Shown piece after piece: positions 21,106 to 34,552 of a stretch of 64,000 nt of DNA. Each line of letters opens with the position of its first letter. Within the stretch, counting starts at the first letter, position 1. Both the position numbers and the translations under genes were made by a program. The notes under the pieces were generated by a model. That model was not told the origin of the DNA. It saw only the letters and a program-made list of their open reading frames with translations, and ran no database searches. Where the stretch lies: assembly GCA_002269645.1 (NCBI GenBank), contig NIVC01000312.1, positions 62,001-126,000 of the forward strand, given 5' to 3'. Source of the DNA: Macrostomum lignano (Eukaryota).

Positions 21106-21884
21106 TAGGGATATCAATTCCCCAGGGAATTTTCTTATCAGGGACCCTGGGGAATTTACTGTCATTCCCCAAGGACCCCGGGGAAAAGAAAAAATAAGTA
21201 AAAAACAGCAGATAACTTAGATCTTTAGTGGCATTTTTTTAAACTTTGATTTAAGCTTTGGACTATATGTTCAAAGTGCAAGGGTAAAAACTTTAAACAA
21301 TGTTTATTTAAAATTGTATTTCACAATATGCCATCACCAAATTGTGTGCGCACCTTTGTCAGAAAGAGTCTAGACTCTGGAGGCAAAAAAATGCATGCTC
21401 AGCAGTTACACTCTTATGAGGATAATTAATGAATGAGACTGTTTTTCAACAAAATTTTTATTTCTTGTAGACAGTGTCCTTGTCTAATAGGGAGTCAGAT
21501 TTTGTTATTTTATGATATCCCCATGCGTCAGTGACTGATGTAGGACGTAGTGCTGTGCCTGCATCAAATGGGTCAAACTGTCAATGCAGACCACCACAAT
21601 AGTCAGTAAGGCTTCTTTTTCCTGACAAGTTTCTAGGTGCAATTTGCTTTATTGAAGGACTCATAGTGAAAAAACATTCAAACGTGTGTTGCATTTGAAA
21701 TATTACATTGAAATAAGCAGTTATGCAGTAAAAAAGTATAGACAGAGTTTCAATCAGCTATCTGTGAATGATTTTCTTATTTTAATGGCAAAAATAAGTT
21801 AAAAATGCATTTTTTCTCCCTGGGTTACTGGTTCAATTCCCCGGGGAGTATTTCCTAACAAGCTCCCTGGGGTCAACATCCCTA
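21106..21884. mobile_element. Non-autonomous hAT-like element (779 bp)
   Basis: Termini TAGGGAT...ATCCCTA with CCCCAGGG-type subterminal repeats; perfect 8-bp TSD ATAGTAAG (21098-21105, 21885-21892). Confidence 0.85.
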
Positions 21885-22659
21885 ATAGTAAGATTTATAA
21901 AAGTGTCATTTTTATATCTTGCTAACTTTCCATTTAAAAATTGATATTGTCATTAGAAAGGGCCCAAAATTTTAGCTAGAATTTGGGTACCCAAAATGTT
22001 AGATATTTTTGTTTCAAATTTTGGGTATATGCCCTAGTTTCAATTTTAGGTATTATACTTTTGGATTCATTTCTACCCAAAATTTTAGGCTAATCTGTAC
22101 CTATAAAATTGAAAACTCTATATGTCTGTGTATTTACAATTTTGTTTCCTATGGAAATATGGACTCCTAAACTATTCAACTAAATAACTACAAATTTTGC
22201 ACCTATCCTAAACTCTTTATGGATAATATCTTAGGCTACCTTAAAATTTCATAAACTCAATCTTAGCTAAAAGTTCAAAAAACTGTTTAAAATGTGCAAT
22301 TCTTTCATTACATTTGCTACAGCACCTCTCCATTTCTACTAATCCTCTTCAAAGTTGACAAAATCAATCTTCAACTATTTTCACAATTATTTGACACAAT
22401 TGTATAAAATTTTAAGTCTTAAAATATTTCTGAACATTGCTGTGCATTTTTAAAGTCAGACTATTTTTTTCATCAAGACAGCCACCCCAACTTCCATCTT
22501 TCTCTTTCCCTTATCTGGTGAGATATAGAAAAGGGGTTTTAAAATTGACTAAATTTTATAATATTTATAATTATTATAATTTTTCTACATATGTAGCAAC
22601 TGACTAGAAACTTGTTGCAATTCTTCTTGACTCATTTTCTTATGACTTCTTATGACTCT

Positions 22660-23620
22660 TATGACTGTCTTGACCAGTAGTGAGTTTCCGCTCACTCTAC
22701 AGTACTGCCTTGGCTCATTAGTCAGTTTCCCCCCACTCTACAGTACTGTCTTGACTAGTAGTGAGTTTCCGCTCACTCTACAGTACTGCCTTGGCTCATT
22801 AGTCAGTTTCCCCCCACTCTACAGTACTGTCTTGACTAGTAGTGAGTTTCCGCTCACTCTACAGTACTGCCTTGACCAGTAGTGAGTTTCCGCCCACTCT
22901 ACAGTACTGTCTCGGCTCATTAGTCAGTTTTTGCCCACTCTATAGTACCGTCTCAGCTTATTAGTCAGTTTCCACCCACTCTGCAGTACTGCCTTGACTA
23001 GTAGTGAGTTTCCACCCACTCAACAGTACTGTCTCGGCTCATTAGTCAGTTTCTGCCCATTCTACAGTACTGTCTTGGCTAGAGGTTGGATGGGATTGAA
23101 ATCTTCGGGCGGGATCGGGATGGGGAATAATTTTTTTCTCGGGATCGGGATCGGGATCGGGAATTGGGAATCGGGATCAGGTCTTTTTGTGTATTGTCCA
23201 TGTAAAGTTAAACAAAATTGAGAAAAGATTGTCAAGATCAAGAAGTAAAACACAACGAAATTGATATGAAGTTTTGTAACCAACAAAGTAAATAATATAA
23301 CGAGTACAAGTTGAAGCAAAATACCTTTAAGTAATCACTAATTCTATAAATTATTAATCAAAAGACCTGTTCCCGAATCTCGACTTTTTTAGGGTCGGGA
23401 TTCTGGTCCCGCGGGAATTCAATTTTCCTCGGGATCCTGAGATTTCGGGATCGGGATCGGGATCCCGTCCAACCTCTAGTCTCGGCTCATTAGTCAGTTT
23501 CTGCCCACTCTGCAGTACTGCCTTGACTAGTAGTGAGTTTCCGCCCACTTTACAGTACTGTCTTGGCTCATTAGTCAGTTTCTACCCACTCTACAATACT
23601 GCCTTGGCTCAGTAGTCTGT
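22660..23620. repeat. ~40/80-bp composite minisatellite (CCACTCTACAGTACTG core), interrupted by a MITE
   Basis: Alternating ...TTGACTAGTAGTGAGTTTCC and ...TTGGCTCATTAGTCAGTTTC units on both sides of the insertion. Confidence 0.9.
23080..23478. mobile_element. hAT-like MITE (399 bp)
   Basis: TIR TAGAGGTTGGA(T/C)GGGAT; 8-bp TSD GTCTTGGC/GTCTCGGC (one mismatch); GATCGG subterminal repeats. Confidence 0.88.
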
Positions 23621-24955
23621 GTCCACCTACGTAGCCCTAAGACTTTTGAAATACAAGAAGATAAAAATGAAGTAGCTGGCTACACAATTACCATCTACTA
23701 CATTTGTACATGTGCTTAAATGTTGCAACATAAATATTTTTTGTTTAGTCAAAGAGAGGTGCTGTATTTAGCAATTTGCTAAGGCAGAATTAATATTGCA
23801 CTATAGAAATGCTATAATAAAATTTGAACTTTTAAAATGGCATTAAAATATTGAAGCAAAAAATAAAAGTTCATAGTGCCTTGCAAAAATCCTATTAAAC
23901 ACATGTAGGTATAGGTGAAATAAGAACCCCCTTTATACCTATCTTTCGTTAGTTGTCTAGATAGATCCGCAAAAGGCTAGTTTCAAGAGAGAGCATTTTT
24001 GGCAAAATTTAGCTTTAAAGCCAATAGAGACTAGTTTTTAGACTATATGGAAACCCATATTAGGTACTAAAACTAATGTAACTAAAGTGTAGTGATTTTT
24101 AGTCCTTAGCTAAATCTAAAACAAAGCTTGAAACAAAGCTTTATTGACTAAAACTTATGTAGGGATGTAGGGCTTGATTTCTAGTTGTTTCAGAATGATT
24201 GCAGTTCAGAAATCACTTAATAAGAAGGCAAATTTTGTGATGAAAAATATTTTATTACCTTTTAGCAAATTAAGTAGATAAGCTAGTAGGTACCTTAGTG
24301 CTTCTAAAAAGTTGTTAGACACCCTTAATATCTTGGCATCTGTATGAGTAAATCTGATAAAAACTCATACATAGGCCTCTGTGTAGTGAATTAAGTTCTA
24401 AAGTTTTAGCTTAATCGGGTTAATAGAACAAAAGCAATCAATCATTTACTGACAAACCAACAAAATTATCAATAGGAACTGAAAATTGCAGTTGTTACTT
24501 TTGTGTTTCTGACACGCTTAATGAATCGGTAAACTCAAATATACATGTATGATCGTAATAGTCAATTGAGTTAAGAAGCATGGATGCATAGTGCAACTGC
24601 GTAGGAAATGCATAGGATTGTTTTATGCAGTATTTGTCACTCGCGCCACATTATTCACAGAATTCTTCGTCGCTGGCTTCATGAATACCATCTGATAGCA
24701 TAGGTGATGCTGCAGTAGCTGAAATATAGAAAAGAGATTTCTTGAGTATGAGAACAAAATAAAATTGAGTGAAAACATTAGTAATAAAAGGTGTGGTTTC
24801 ATATTTCCTTTTACTTATGCTTCCCAGTTGTATCTAACGAGGGAAATGTTAGTTGGGCAAAATGAGCGAGACCTTAGGCACTTGCTTTGAACAGTTCAGA
24901 GCAGTGCAGTTTAGAAATTCCTCTGTTCACAATTATTGTAAAAATGGCTATAGAT

Positions 24956-26720
24956 CTAATACACACCGGGAATAGCGTCGCTGTCCGCCATCAGCACACC
25001 CAGGAATAAAGAGCATTCATCCGGAAATGACGCTAGGTGTTGCTCCAGGAGTCGCCGAATAGCATCATGCTTGGCGTATTTAGAGCTTTGCAGTGGAGGG
25101 AATTCCTGACTGCTAATCTCTACCAGAGCTTGCTGAGTCGCAGCGATCAAAAAGGAAGCAACCCTTTTAATCTCAGCTGTTACAAGTGAGCACTCCTCAT
25201 CTAACCAACTGGCAAGATGTCGCAAACGAACGCCTTCCATCTGGGACACGCGATCGGATGTATTAAGAACTGCGAAGCCTGCCAATTGAGGCTTTGAAAA
25301 GTTTTCATAGCGCAGGTGATTCATGGTTGTGACTTCTGAGTTGTACGCTCTGATTAGACAATTTGCCATATGCTCTAAAGAGCTGTATGCAACTCGAAGC
25401 TGCTTCATCAGCTTTTGTCCTCGTTCATGAATGGAGTGGCGCATGACAAAGTCTCGCTCACATGCCAGTTGATACAAGCGCTTAATGACAGCAATTCTAT
25501 TGGTACTCTGTCGGCCTCGTTTCCTGACGTTCTCCATTCAAATATTTGCTTCCCAAGAGACTGTGAGTGCCAAAAACTCAGCACAATCTAGAGAATAGTG
25601 AATGTTTATATATAATAAAAAACAATAAATGCAATCATGCAAACGCTCTATTGAGCAAAATGACAGCCTCTCTTGCTTGCTCCAATAAAGTTTTCCGACA
25701 AAGTATTTCAACCTCGTCTGTTAGGAAAATATAAACAGAATACATGCCTTACCAGCGAACCCATGCTTCTTAGAGAAATTCTCAATGTCTCTTTCCAGAT
25801 TATTGGCAAAGTGCTTGATGTAGACCACTCGTTTTTGTAGCCAAGTAAGGAAATTGGGTAAGATATAATGTAGTATTCAGTGTATTTTTGTAACTATTAT
25901 TTAGATTACAGGATATATAGATAATAAACCTACAGATGGAGAGCAGGTTATGGAAATTCAGCGAATCGGCAGTATGACTCATGAAATGCTGCCACTTTGA
26001 ATGGCTCATTTCCTTAACCTGAGGTCCATATCTGCACGGGATAGACCACAGGCACTCGCATGACTTGCCATCCGTCAGACCAGCACCCTCGGTAAATCAA
26101 ATTCCATTAGAAATTTGGCACTCAAAGACATGCGCATAAGAGTAGAATGTAGGTACCAAAAATCAAAGACAGCAATCGTTGAAATGCCCCTTAAGTTTGC
26201 ATGCGATGTCGTATGACACTATGAGCAGAACGTTGTTTGGCATCTCACAAAGCATTTTCTCCACCATAGTACAGGCGTAATTGAGTCTAGAAGCACAATG
26301 ATCAATAAACATTGTTTTATGGAGAAAGCGAAAAGGATTGATAGCAACGTCACATAGACCATTTGAGCAATTCCTCAAAAGTGAGTAATGGCTCGTGTTT
26401 CAACTAAAATTGAGTTTAAGCAGCCTTATGAACTTGAGTACATGATTAGAGTTTGAGCATGAGCTGAACATGCTATACGGAAAATATTTTCTCTCATTCG
26501 GAGCTAATCTTTGGATTTTGTGGGAGCTAAAAGTTTCTGGCAAAGAACATCTATGAGTCATAGATCTACAAGTATGCGCCTTTGCAGCACATACTCCTGG
26601 TATAGATCGAGTTGCTGCTACTCCAAAAGGAACGTATATTTTTGCATAGGAAATTATGGAGGAATGGTGTGGCCATTTTACATGTTGGCACGCAAGTACT
26701 TTTATGTCTGAGGTCATTTC
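24956..26720 (-). pseudogene. Decayed KDZ (Kyakuja-Dileera-Zisupton)-type transposase
   Basis: SYDIACKL in ORF 26163..26378. From 26159 the frame reads LVPTFYSYAHVFECQISNGI*FTEGAGLTDGKSCECLWS, a mutated form of the KDZ pattern FHxxxHxxxCQ...GxGxxDGExxERxWS. A helical C-terminal ORF follows at 24956..25537. Stops and frame breaks are present. Confidence 0.75.
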
Positions 26721-26784
26721 ACTGGCAAAATATCAGTAAATTGATGGGTAAATTTAAATCTACATGTAAATTTGTACATACTTT

Positions 26785-26957
26785 CAATGGTGGCTTTAGA
26801 GGGGGGCACATAGGGCATGCACCCCCGTTGAGTTTGATTTTTTTTATGAGCCTATGGAAAATACACATTATCATGTACATATACTTGTACATGATATGCA
26901 TATATATGTGCCTTAGTAGTCTGCGCCCCCATTTAAAATTTTCTGGATCCACTACTG
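26785..26957. mobile_element. Small degenerate TIR element (CA[A/G]T[G/A]GTGG...AG termini)
   Basis: CAATGGTGGCTTTAG on the left versus reverse complement CAGTAGTGGATCCAG on the right; TSD poorly conserved. Confidence 0.45.
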
Positions 26958-29374
26958 TATACATGTGCTATATGAATGTTTGTCAGAAGAATTAGTTCAT
27001 AAAAAACTTACAAATTATGATTGGCTCCAATGTTTTACTATCAGAAAGCAGTTACAGTAAGTAGCTCATTGCCCTCACAGGGATGTTGAACAGTAAGTAG
27101 AAGAGCAGAAGCTGATGCACAAAATTAGACTTTAGTAATTCATCATCAATGATAGTGTCATCCATATCACATAGAAAGTCTCCACTAACCCTGTATCGTC
27201 CTCCTGCTCTGACATAAATGTAATTTACTCAACACTTTCATTCAATGTTGAGACAAATTGCCTTTTAGGATCCATACTGTGAAATTCATAAACACCAGAA
27301 GCCCTTTCTGCATGAATAGAGTTTAGTAGTGTCTTTGAAGTTTCCTAGCTATTGATATTTTGTGAGGCCACATTAATCTGAAAGGGTAAATTATAGAATG
27401 CATTATGTATATATCAGGGAATATTGCAATAGTTCATAAGAAATTTTAAAAGCCTAGATTGCCATTGGTTTGATTTTTGATTGCTATTTGGCTGTCAAAA
27501 GTGAGTGTGGTGTTTGTTTTACAAGTATGTATAAATTTCTTAAGCAAAAATAATAAAGTACACAGTTATAAAGATATATTAGGCCAAAACTCAAAAGACA
27601 ATATTGAGTCTTTATTCCAAATTATTTCAAATTCCCTTTGTATTTAAAAATGTTCAACTTAACCTTGACCAATAGTGCTTTTTCTAATTTTAGGCCCTAA
27701 GGGGGGCCTAATTAGCAGCTTATAAAGGTATCTGTATGTACCCCTTTGCCTAGTGCTTGGTGCCCCTTCCTCTAAAATATTAGGCTTTACTGCCCCTGAT
27801 AATAAGCTTACAGCTTATGTATAGTTAAAATGGGACACTACTGCAAGTAAATAAAACAGTTATTATTTATGGTTGCAAAAGCCTTTTAAAATGCATAAAA
27901 AGGTCTATATCAAAAGTAATAAAAGGAATAGTTTGATTATAATAATATATCATCCTAAGCTTTAGTTATATTTTAGCAGATATCAAGAACAAAAAAGCTA
28001 ATGAAAAATAACTTCTATACTTTTTGTCCCCTTTATCATATATTTAGAATAACTTAATTTCATATTTTAGATTAAAAAATAAATATTAATCAGATCTAAA
28101 GAGAACCTATATATTATGGTTGAATGCTTATTATATTATATTGGTAAATTTCATTTTATAAAACTAGGCTAGGCCTACTGTAAAAAAACTAAAAAACAAT
28201 TAGCAAAAAATGTCAATAAACTATTAGTAATTATTAGTATTACATAAATACATAAATACATACATAATTCGAAATGAAACCAAGACAATAGAATTTTTTA
28301 AATGCTTGCTAAATCTAAGTTGATGCAACTATATAGTTTCAAAATTTAATCTTTATTTTTTATACTAATTATAAGGCCTACTATACCATTTTCATTTTTT
28401 TGGGCTAGCTTCTCTTGATGACTATAATATAGGAATAAGCAGTAGGCCTAAGCATCTCATTGAATTCATTGATAAAAATGTTTCTATTAGCTGCTAGTAT
28501 GATATAGCTGCTTGTAATGTATCTCTCCTTTGTCTCTTTCCTATCGGCTACCCTATATAGAACCACTCTCCCCACATATAATTATAATCCTCTCTGACTC
28601 TAGTCTCTTTCCCTTTTATAGTAGTTTATGTTCTATAGGATTTTTCTAAAGAACAAAATAGGCCTAAGGCCTGTCTATTGGCTTAGCAATTTAGCAAATT
28701 AGCTTTGCAATTGCAAATATACTATAGAATATTGATTTTCAACATCGAAAGGAATGTAGCATTCAAAAGTATTGTAGTCTTGACAAAAGAAAATTAAGAA
28801 ACCAGTAAAAGCATTAGCGAACAAGTGCTACATTCTGCATGCATTTGCTGCATAGTCAGCATGCAGAAACATAGCAAACAGCTACCATAATTTGTGCTGA
28901 AACGTAGCAAAAAATTATGGAACAAGTGACTTCATAGGGCCTTTTCATATTGCTTGTTCTGGTTCCAGAACCAGAACAAATTTGTGAACTATAACTTTTT
29001 GTCTCCATAACTAGGGGAGATATGTGCTATAAAGTTTTTTATTATTGAAGGACAATTGCCAAGAAGAAAGTGAAAAATTGTGCTAAGTGAGGTTGTTAAG
29101 GCAGTCAAACATTCAATAGAATTAAATAGTTATAGACCTACTGCTGTTTTTCTTGGAAGATCCAAACCGATTCTGATTCTGGAATTGGTAATATAAAAAG
29201 CCTCATAGTTAATTGAAAAATTCATGTCATTGTTAGGCGGTTTAGGCCATCCATAATAACCCTCCATATAGTTTTTGTTCTTATAGACTACTTGTACTTG
29301 TAGACGCTCCAAGAAATAGGAATTCATGGCCTAGATGGCTAGCCCTAGTGAGCGGCCAAGCGCTAGGTAGGCCA

Positions 29375-29834
29375 AAGAATACTGAGCTAATACATAGAAT
29401 GCCAGTGTCATTCAAAAAGTGAAGCTGAAATTTCGATTTCTTCAGGCACTTACTTTTTGACTAGATAAACAAAATTTATTAAGGAAGTCATTTAATAATA
29501 AGACATATTTTTCGTTGGAACACAAGGACAAGTAACATTTAAGTTCAGTCATTTAAGTCTTCAACAGTGCATTTGACTAGGGGGGTCTAGCATCCTTCCT
29601 GTTACAGCCAAAAACTTTGGCTGCAACTTGCAAACTGCCACTGTTGAATGCTAAGAATACTGAGCTAATATCAATTATTAATATTAATGGGAATTCTATT
29701 CTTTGGTTGAATGCTACTTTTGTTTTTTATTTATATGGCAAAAATTAAGTGCCCAAGGAAATGAGATTTCAGCTTCACTTTTTGAATGACACTGGCTATG
29801 GATGTATTAGGCCTAGGGCCTAGCTCAGTATTTT
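29375..29834. repeat. Fold-back/MITE-like structure with ~85-bp inverted arms
   Basis: Perfect 31-bp inverted core GCCAGTGTCATTCAAAAAGTGAAGCTGAAAT (29401-29431 vs 29766-29796) inside longer imperfect arms. Confidence 0.75.
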
Positions 29835-31735
29835 TTTAGGTAAGCCTATGCTGCCTATATTATTTTTAAAGTTAAAACAACATTTCTTCATGTCATGTCA
29901 TAAGGGCTAGTTTTAAGATAATTAATGGCTTGAGTTGATATTGATAGGCCTAGTATAGCAATCTTCCAGTTTGTTTTGCAATATTATTCTCAAGTTTGAA
30001 TTGGTGCTGCCAAAAAGGATGCAAAATAACATTGTTAAAGACATTCTCATTTCACTGGCTATCTGCCAGAGTTTTATTGGCTTTGTATTTATAAGTTAAT
30101 CATTGACTCCACTTTGTTGACCCCAACAATGCCACAGTACATACCAATACGATAGAAGGATCATGGGTGCTAGTTAAGCAAAAGTTCTACAAAATTCACT
30201 ATATATCAATGCCTTCTTTGAGCCACATCTTAAGGAATTTCTGTGGCGCCAACTATAGGCCTACCTTGGCGCAGCATTTGGTGCTGTGCTATATTGGGTG
30301 TTGTATTATTATCCTCTGTAACTAGATCCTTTGTTTTCTGCCCCCAACTGTTATTATTACTTGTCTGCTTCTATTTCATATCCCTTTTGGCCATATGTAT
30401 TGTTTTCTCTAATGTTTCACTACATTAATGTACTGTTTTAAACAAAAATAAATAAGCAAATAATATTGTGAAACAAATTGGAAGATAGCTAGCTAGTATT
30501 CTCTATATAAATTATTTTGATTTGTGATAAACAGATTTGATAAATAGATTTTGATTTTAATTTTTAATATAAATTAAATAGTATATAATATTAGAAAAAG
30601 ATAATTTATTAGCTAGTTGATAGTCATCCAATATACTAAAAATGGTCTGTCTTGTCTATCTATCTATCTAATTATCTATCTATCTATATGATCGATTAGA
30701 GAAAAAATGGATGGACCAATTTTGTTCAAGCTTGCACTGTTCGATTAGAAATTTTCCCATGACTGTACATGCATTGTGGCTAAGAAATTGCTCCATGCTA
30801 AAGGCATTAAATATTCAAAAAAACTTGCTTTTTTGCAATGGTCAAGCAAAATTTTCGACTTGAAATGCATTGTAAAAATGCTAGAAAAAAAACTGATTGG
30901 TTGAACTCTGATTCTGAAATAGTCATATTATGACTGAGTGGCTACCACCACTCTATATGACCTTGGCACACCTGGATCTTACTACTAGACCTCTCAAGGC
31001 TAGAGCCCCGCCTGGATTAGTTACCAAGGGATTTAGGCTAACAGGGGAGACACATGCAGCCAAGCATAGGGACTCTGCTTGGGGCATGATCGGGAACTCT
31101 GGGCTCAATCTGAAGGTGATATGGGGGATAATTGGCACAGCAGGAGGTTGCAAAAGTGTTGCACAAGCAAACATTGAGAACAATGGGGCTAGGGTCAAGA
31201 ACAAAGGAAATAGAAATTGGGGATAATTGGGAAGAATTGAGAACAATAAAAAAGTAAACATTGAAGAAGAGGTGCTAATTAGGTGCAAAAATGAGAACAA
31301 AAGAAAAAGAAAATCTGGGAAAATTTGAATTGGGTGCAAAAAGGAGTACAAGAATTGAGAATGAGAACAATAGAAGTGGAGGTGGAGTGCATGTTGCATG
31401 AGAAATTTAGGAAAGAACAATAGCATGAGAAAAGGTTGTACAAGAAAGGGAAATGAGTTATCAATGAGTCATCAAGGGGAAGGAGGGGTCACATAACTTT
31501 CATCACCATTTGGGAGTTTGAGAAAGGATAGGAGGGACAGTGAGCACACAAAGTACTGTAAGTAGGTACCAAAAAAGGGGAAAATGCAGGAAAAAAGTGC
31601 AAAAAAAGACAATAAGATGGGGAACAAGAAAAGTACATAACAAATAGGGTAGAGTGCATAGGAGGTAGAGTAGCGGGGAAGATATAGAGAAAGACAGGGG
31701 CTCTAGAAAGGCATATGTGGCCGCATGGAAGATAG

Positions 31736-32002
31736 CCCTATTGCAGCCAATGGCCATTTTCGTGGACGGCGTCCGGCGCGGATTGGACTGGTGGCGGCGC
31801 GGCGTGCGGCGGCGGCGCGGCGCGTGGCGGCGGCGCGCGGTGGCGTGGTGTGTGGCGGCGGCGCGCAGCGCGCGGCGAGCCATTGACTGACTAATTGAAC
31901 CAAATCACTGATCCTGGGGACTGGCCCTGGCGCAGTACGGGTAGATGTCTGGCGCGGGAAAGGGGGGCGTCCGGCGCGGTTCAGACCTTGGCTGCAATAG
32001 GG
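31736..32002. mobile_element. 267-bp GC/CpG-rich non-autonomous TIR element
   Basis: 15-bp perfect TIR CCCTATTGCAGCCAA; perfect 8-bp TSD GAAGATAG (31728-31735, 32003-32010); GGC-rich interior. Confidence 0.88.
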
Positions 32003-33004
32003 GAAGATAGAGCCGAGGCTGCAGGGGGTGCAGCAAAGTTGGAGTCAGCAGGATTTGGTTGAGGACCTGACCAAGTCTCGATAGCTCCATTCAGGAGGTG
32101 CATGGTAATATGAGGAACTTTTGAAAAAGTTCCCTTGCTCTATCCTGCAACCAAAGCGTGGTTACATCATAAACTTAATCAAAGATAAATTTTAAAATGT
32201 CAATAAGCTTCATTTCAAAAGCATTACCAAAAAGATTAACTAAAGCCAAATAAAAAATCACTTGTCAATCAGCCTCAATCATGCATTGCATGTGGTCAAT
32301 AGTTTTAGGTGTTGTCATTAAAATAGGTTAGCTAGCTTGACCTTCATTTTCCAAGCTGTTTTAGCCATGCTTGAACTTGCAAAACCAGCTAGTGACAGTG
32401 GAAATGGATAGTGCAAGGTTGGGAAAAGCAGTAGACAACCACTTGTGGCACTAGTAAAATATCAAGCCACTCTTAGAATCATGAAAAAATCATAGCACAA
32501 AAGTGTTCACAATTGAGCTCCATTGTAGTGCTGAGTCATAGACCTTGTTGGGATAAAATATGATAGTGAGAGAATGCTAACAATTAACTTTAACATGAAA
32601 CTTTAAGTATCAATGTATCATGGTAAAACTTTTTTATTAAAAAGGCTTAGAAAATATAGCCTAATTTTAATAAGCAGTCTGGCTGCAGCTAAAAACTTCT
32701 ATAGTGTCCCTGGTACTCTCTAATCCTAGTATTTAAGTGATTAAAGACTAGCAATCTAGTTCTCCCTTTGATGCACCCAATAAGCAAAGAAAAAATTATT
32801 CATGGAAAACCAACAAAAAAGCACATTTTCTTAAAAACCAATTCCTTTTTTAGTTTTAAAAATCACCTTATTCAAGTAAAATTGTCACAGACAAATGTTT
32901 GCTATGTTTGTTATGAATCTCTTTTTTTCCAAAATTAATAAAAAGACAATAAAATTAAGCTTTTACAAAGATAACAGACATTTCCCTAAATAGAATTTAA
33001 TATC

Positions 33005-33560
33005 CCCAAGATAGCAAGCATCTCCCTAGATAGCAAGCATCCTCTCAGATAGCAAGTACATCTTAGATAGCAAGCATCCCTTAATAACAAGCATTTCCCA
33101 GATGGTAAGAATCCTACAAATAGCAAGTATCCCTTCTAGATAGTAAACATCCCTAGATAGCAAGTATTCTCCAGATAGCAAGCATTCTCCAAATAGCAAG
33201 CATTCTCCAGATAGCAAGCATTCTCTAGATAGCAAGCATCCCTCCCAGATATAAAGTAGCTAATAAAAATATTTCCTCTGCTAATGAAATAATCAATTTC
33301 TTAAGTTGTGCAATGATCCATCTTAGTTAGTGCAATAACATCTTTTTAGCCAGTGCAATAATCCTCTTTGCTAGTGCAATAATCCTTTACTTATTAAGTG
33401 CAATAATCCTTGGCTTATCAAGTGAAATAATCCTTGGCTTATCAAGTGCAATAGTTCTTGGCTTATCTAATGGAATAATTGATGTCTTAGCAAGTGCAGT
33501 AATCTTTAAATTATCAAGTGCAGTAATCCTTAGCTTATCAAATGCAACTATCAAGTAAAA
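33005..33560. repeat. Degenerate minisatellites: 18-19 bp AGATAGCAAGCA-core array (33005-33245) and ~24-bp AGTGCAATAATCC array (33340-33560)
   Basis: Recurring cores read directly. Confidence 0.8.
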
Positions 33561-34181
33561 ATATATAGATAGTTATCCAATCAGCAGTTTTCAGCTGTAC
33601 ATGTATGCTCATAAGTCTAGAGGAACTACCCTAGCAGTTTTCAGTTTGTCCCCTTTGTAGTCTGCATGAATAATCCTTTTGAGTTTTGACAATCTGCAAT
33701 TCCCCATAGCAATCTACAGTCATTCCATTTGCATTCTACAAATGTTCCTTTAACAATTCTCATTTAATCCCCTCAGTAGTCTGCAGTTCTCCTCTTAGCT
33801 GGCTCTTTAGTATACTTAGCAAGCTACAATAATCCTTTTAACAATTGAGAAATCTGCTCAGCATTGTAATGCTGAGTTATGTGAAGGACTGTTAATATGT
33901 ATGGAAAATTGGTTTGCTTAGCAAATTGTATTACTCATTAATCAATTTGCAATATATATTGGCAGTCCTTTGCACAACTCAGTATTAAGCAATATCTTAG
34001 CAATTTAGCAGCATTGTCTGCAAGTTAAAAAATGTAATACTTTACCAGAGCTAGGCAATACCCATTGCTGGGATCAGTAATACTCAAAGCAGCTTTTACA
34101 AATCAAATTTGCTTAGTGGCTTATGATGAATAGTAAAAAATTAATTGTTAAGTAAAAAAAATTGTTTCAGTTGTTAATAAC

Positions 34182-34552
34182 TTATTTATTTATTAGAGGC
34201 AGGGGGGTTGTGTGCACCCTGGGGCACTTTAAGCAACATAGGCACACAACCAGCGAGAGGCATTACTGCCCATTCCACTGACTCCCCTGAGCAGGCATAC
34301 AAGCGCGCAGATATGTACGCAGGCACACACTCATACAGGAGTGTATAGTGGCCCTAACTTTAAATTATCGTTAGGCATGTACACTTCACTGCACCTTGGG
34401 GGGTTGGCTCTCAAGGCCGTTAATTGCATGAGCAGAGCCAAGCCAAGATTCCAATTCAGCCCCAAATTAATGTGACTGCACTTGGAATCAAGCCTGGGTC
34501 GCTGGCACTGGCATACCAGAGCAGCTGCGCTACTGCTGGGCTACGGCCCCCC
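34182..34552 (-). mobile_element. tRNA-derived SINE-like element
   Basis: The minus strand begins GGGGGGCCGTAGCCCAGCAGTAGCGC (A-box-like), has GGCTTGATTCC (decayed B-box) and ends in (TAAA)n. Related body fragments occur near 36500-36670 and 58030-58070. Confidence 0.6.

Noticed and set aside
30930-31903. Short ORFs in purine-rich and GC-rich sequence
   Set aside because: Low-complexity composition with no recognisable domain; the GC-rich part is explained by the 267-bp TIR element.
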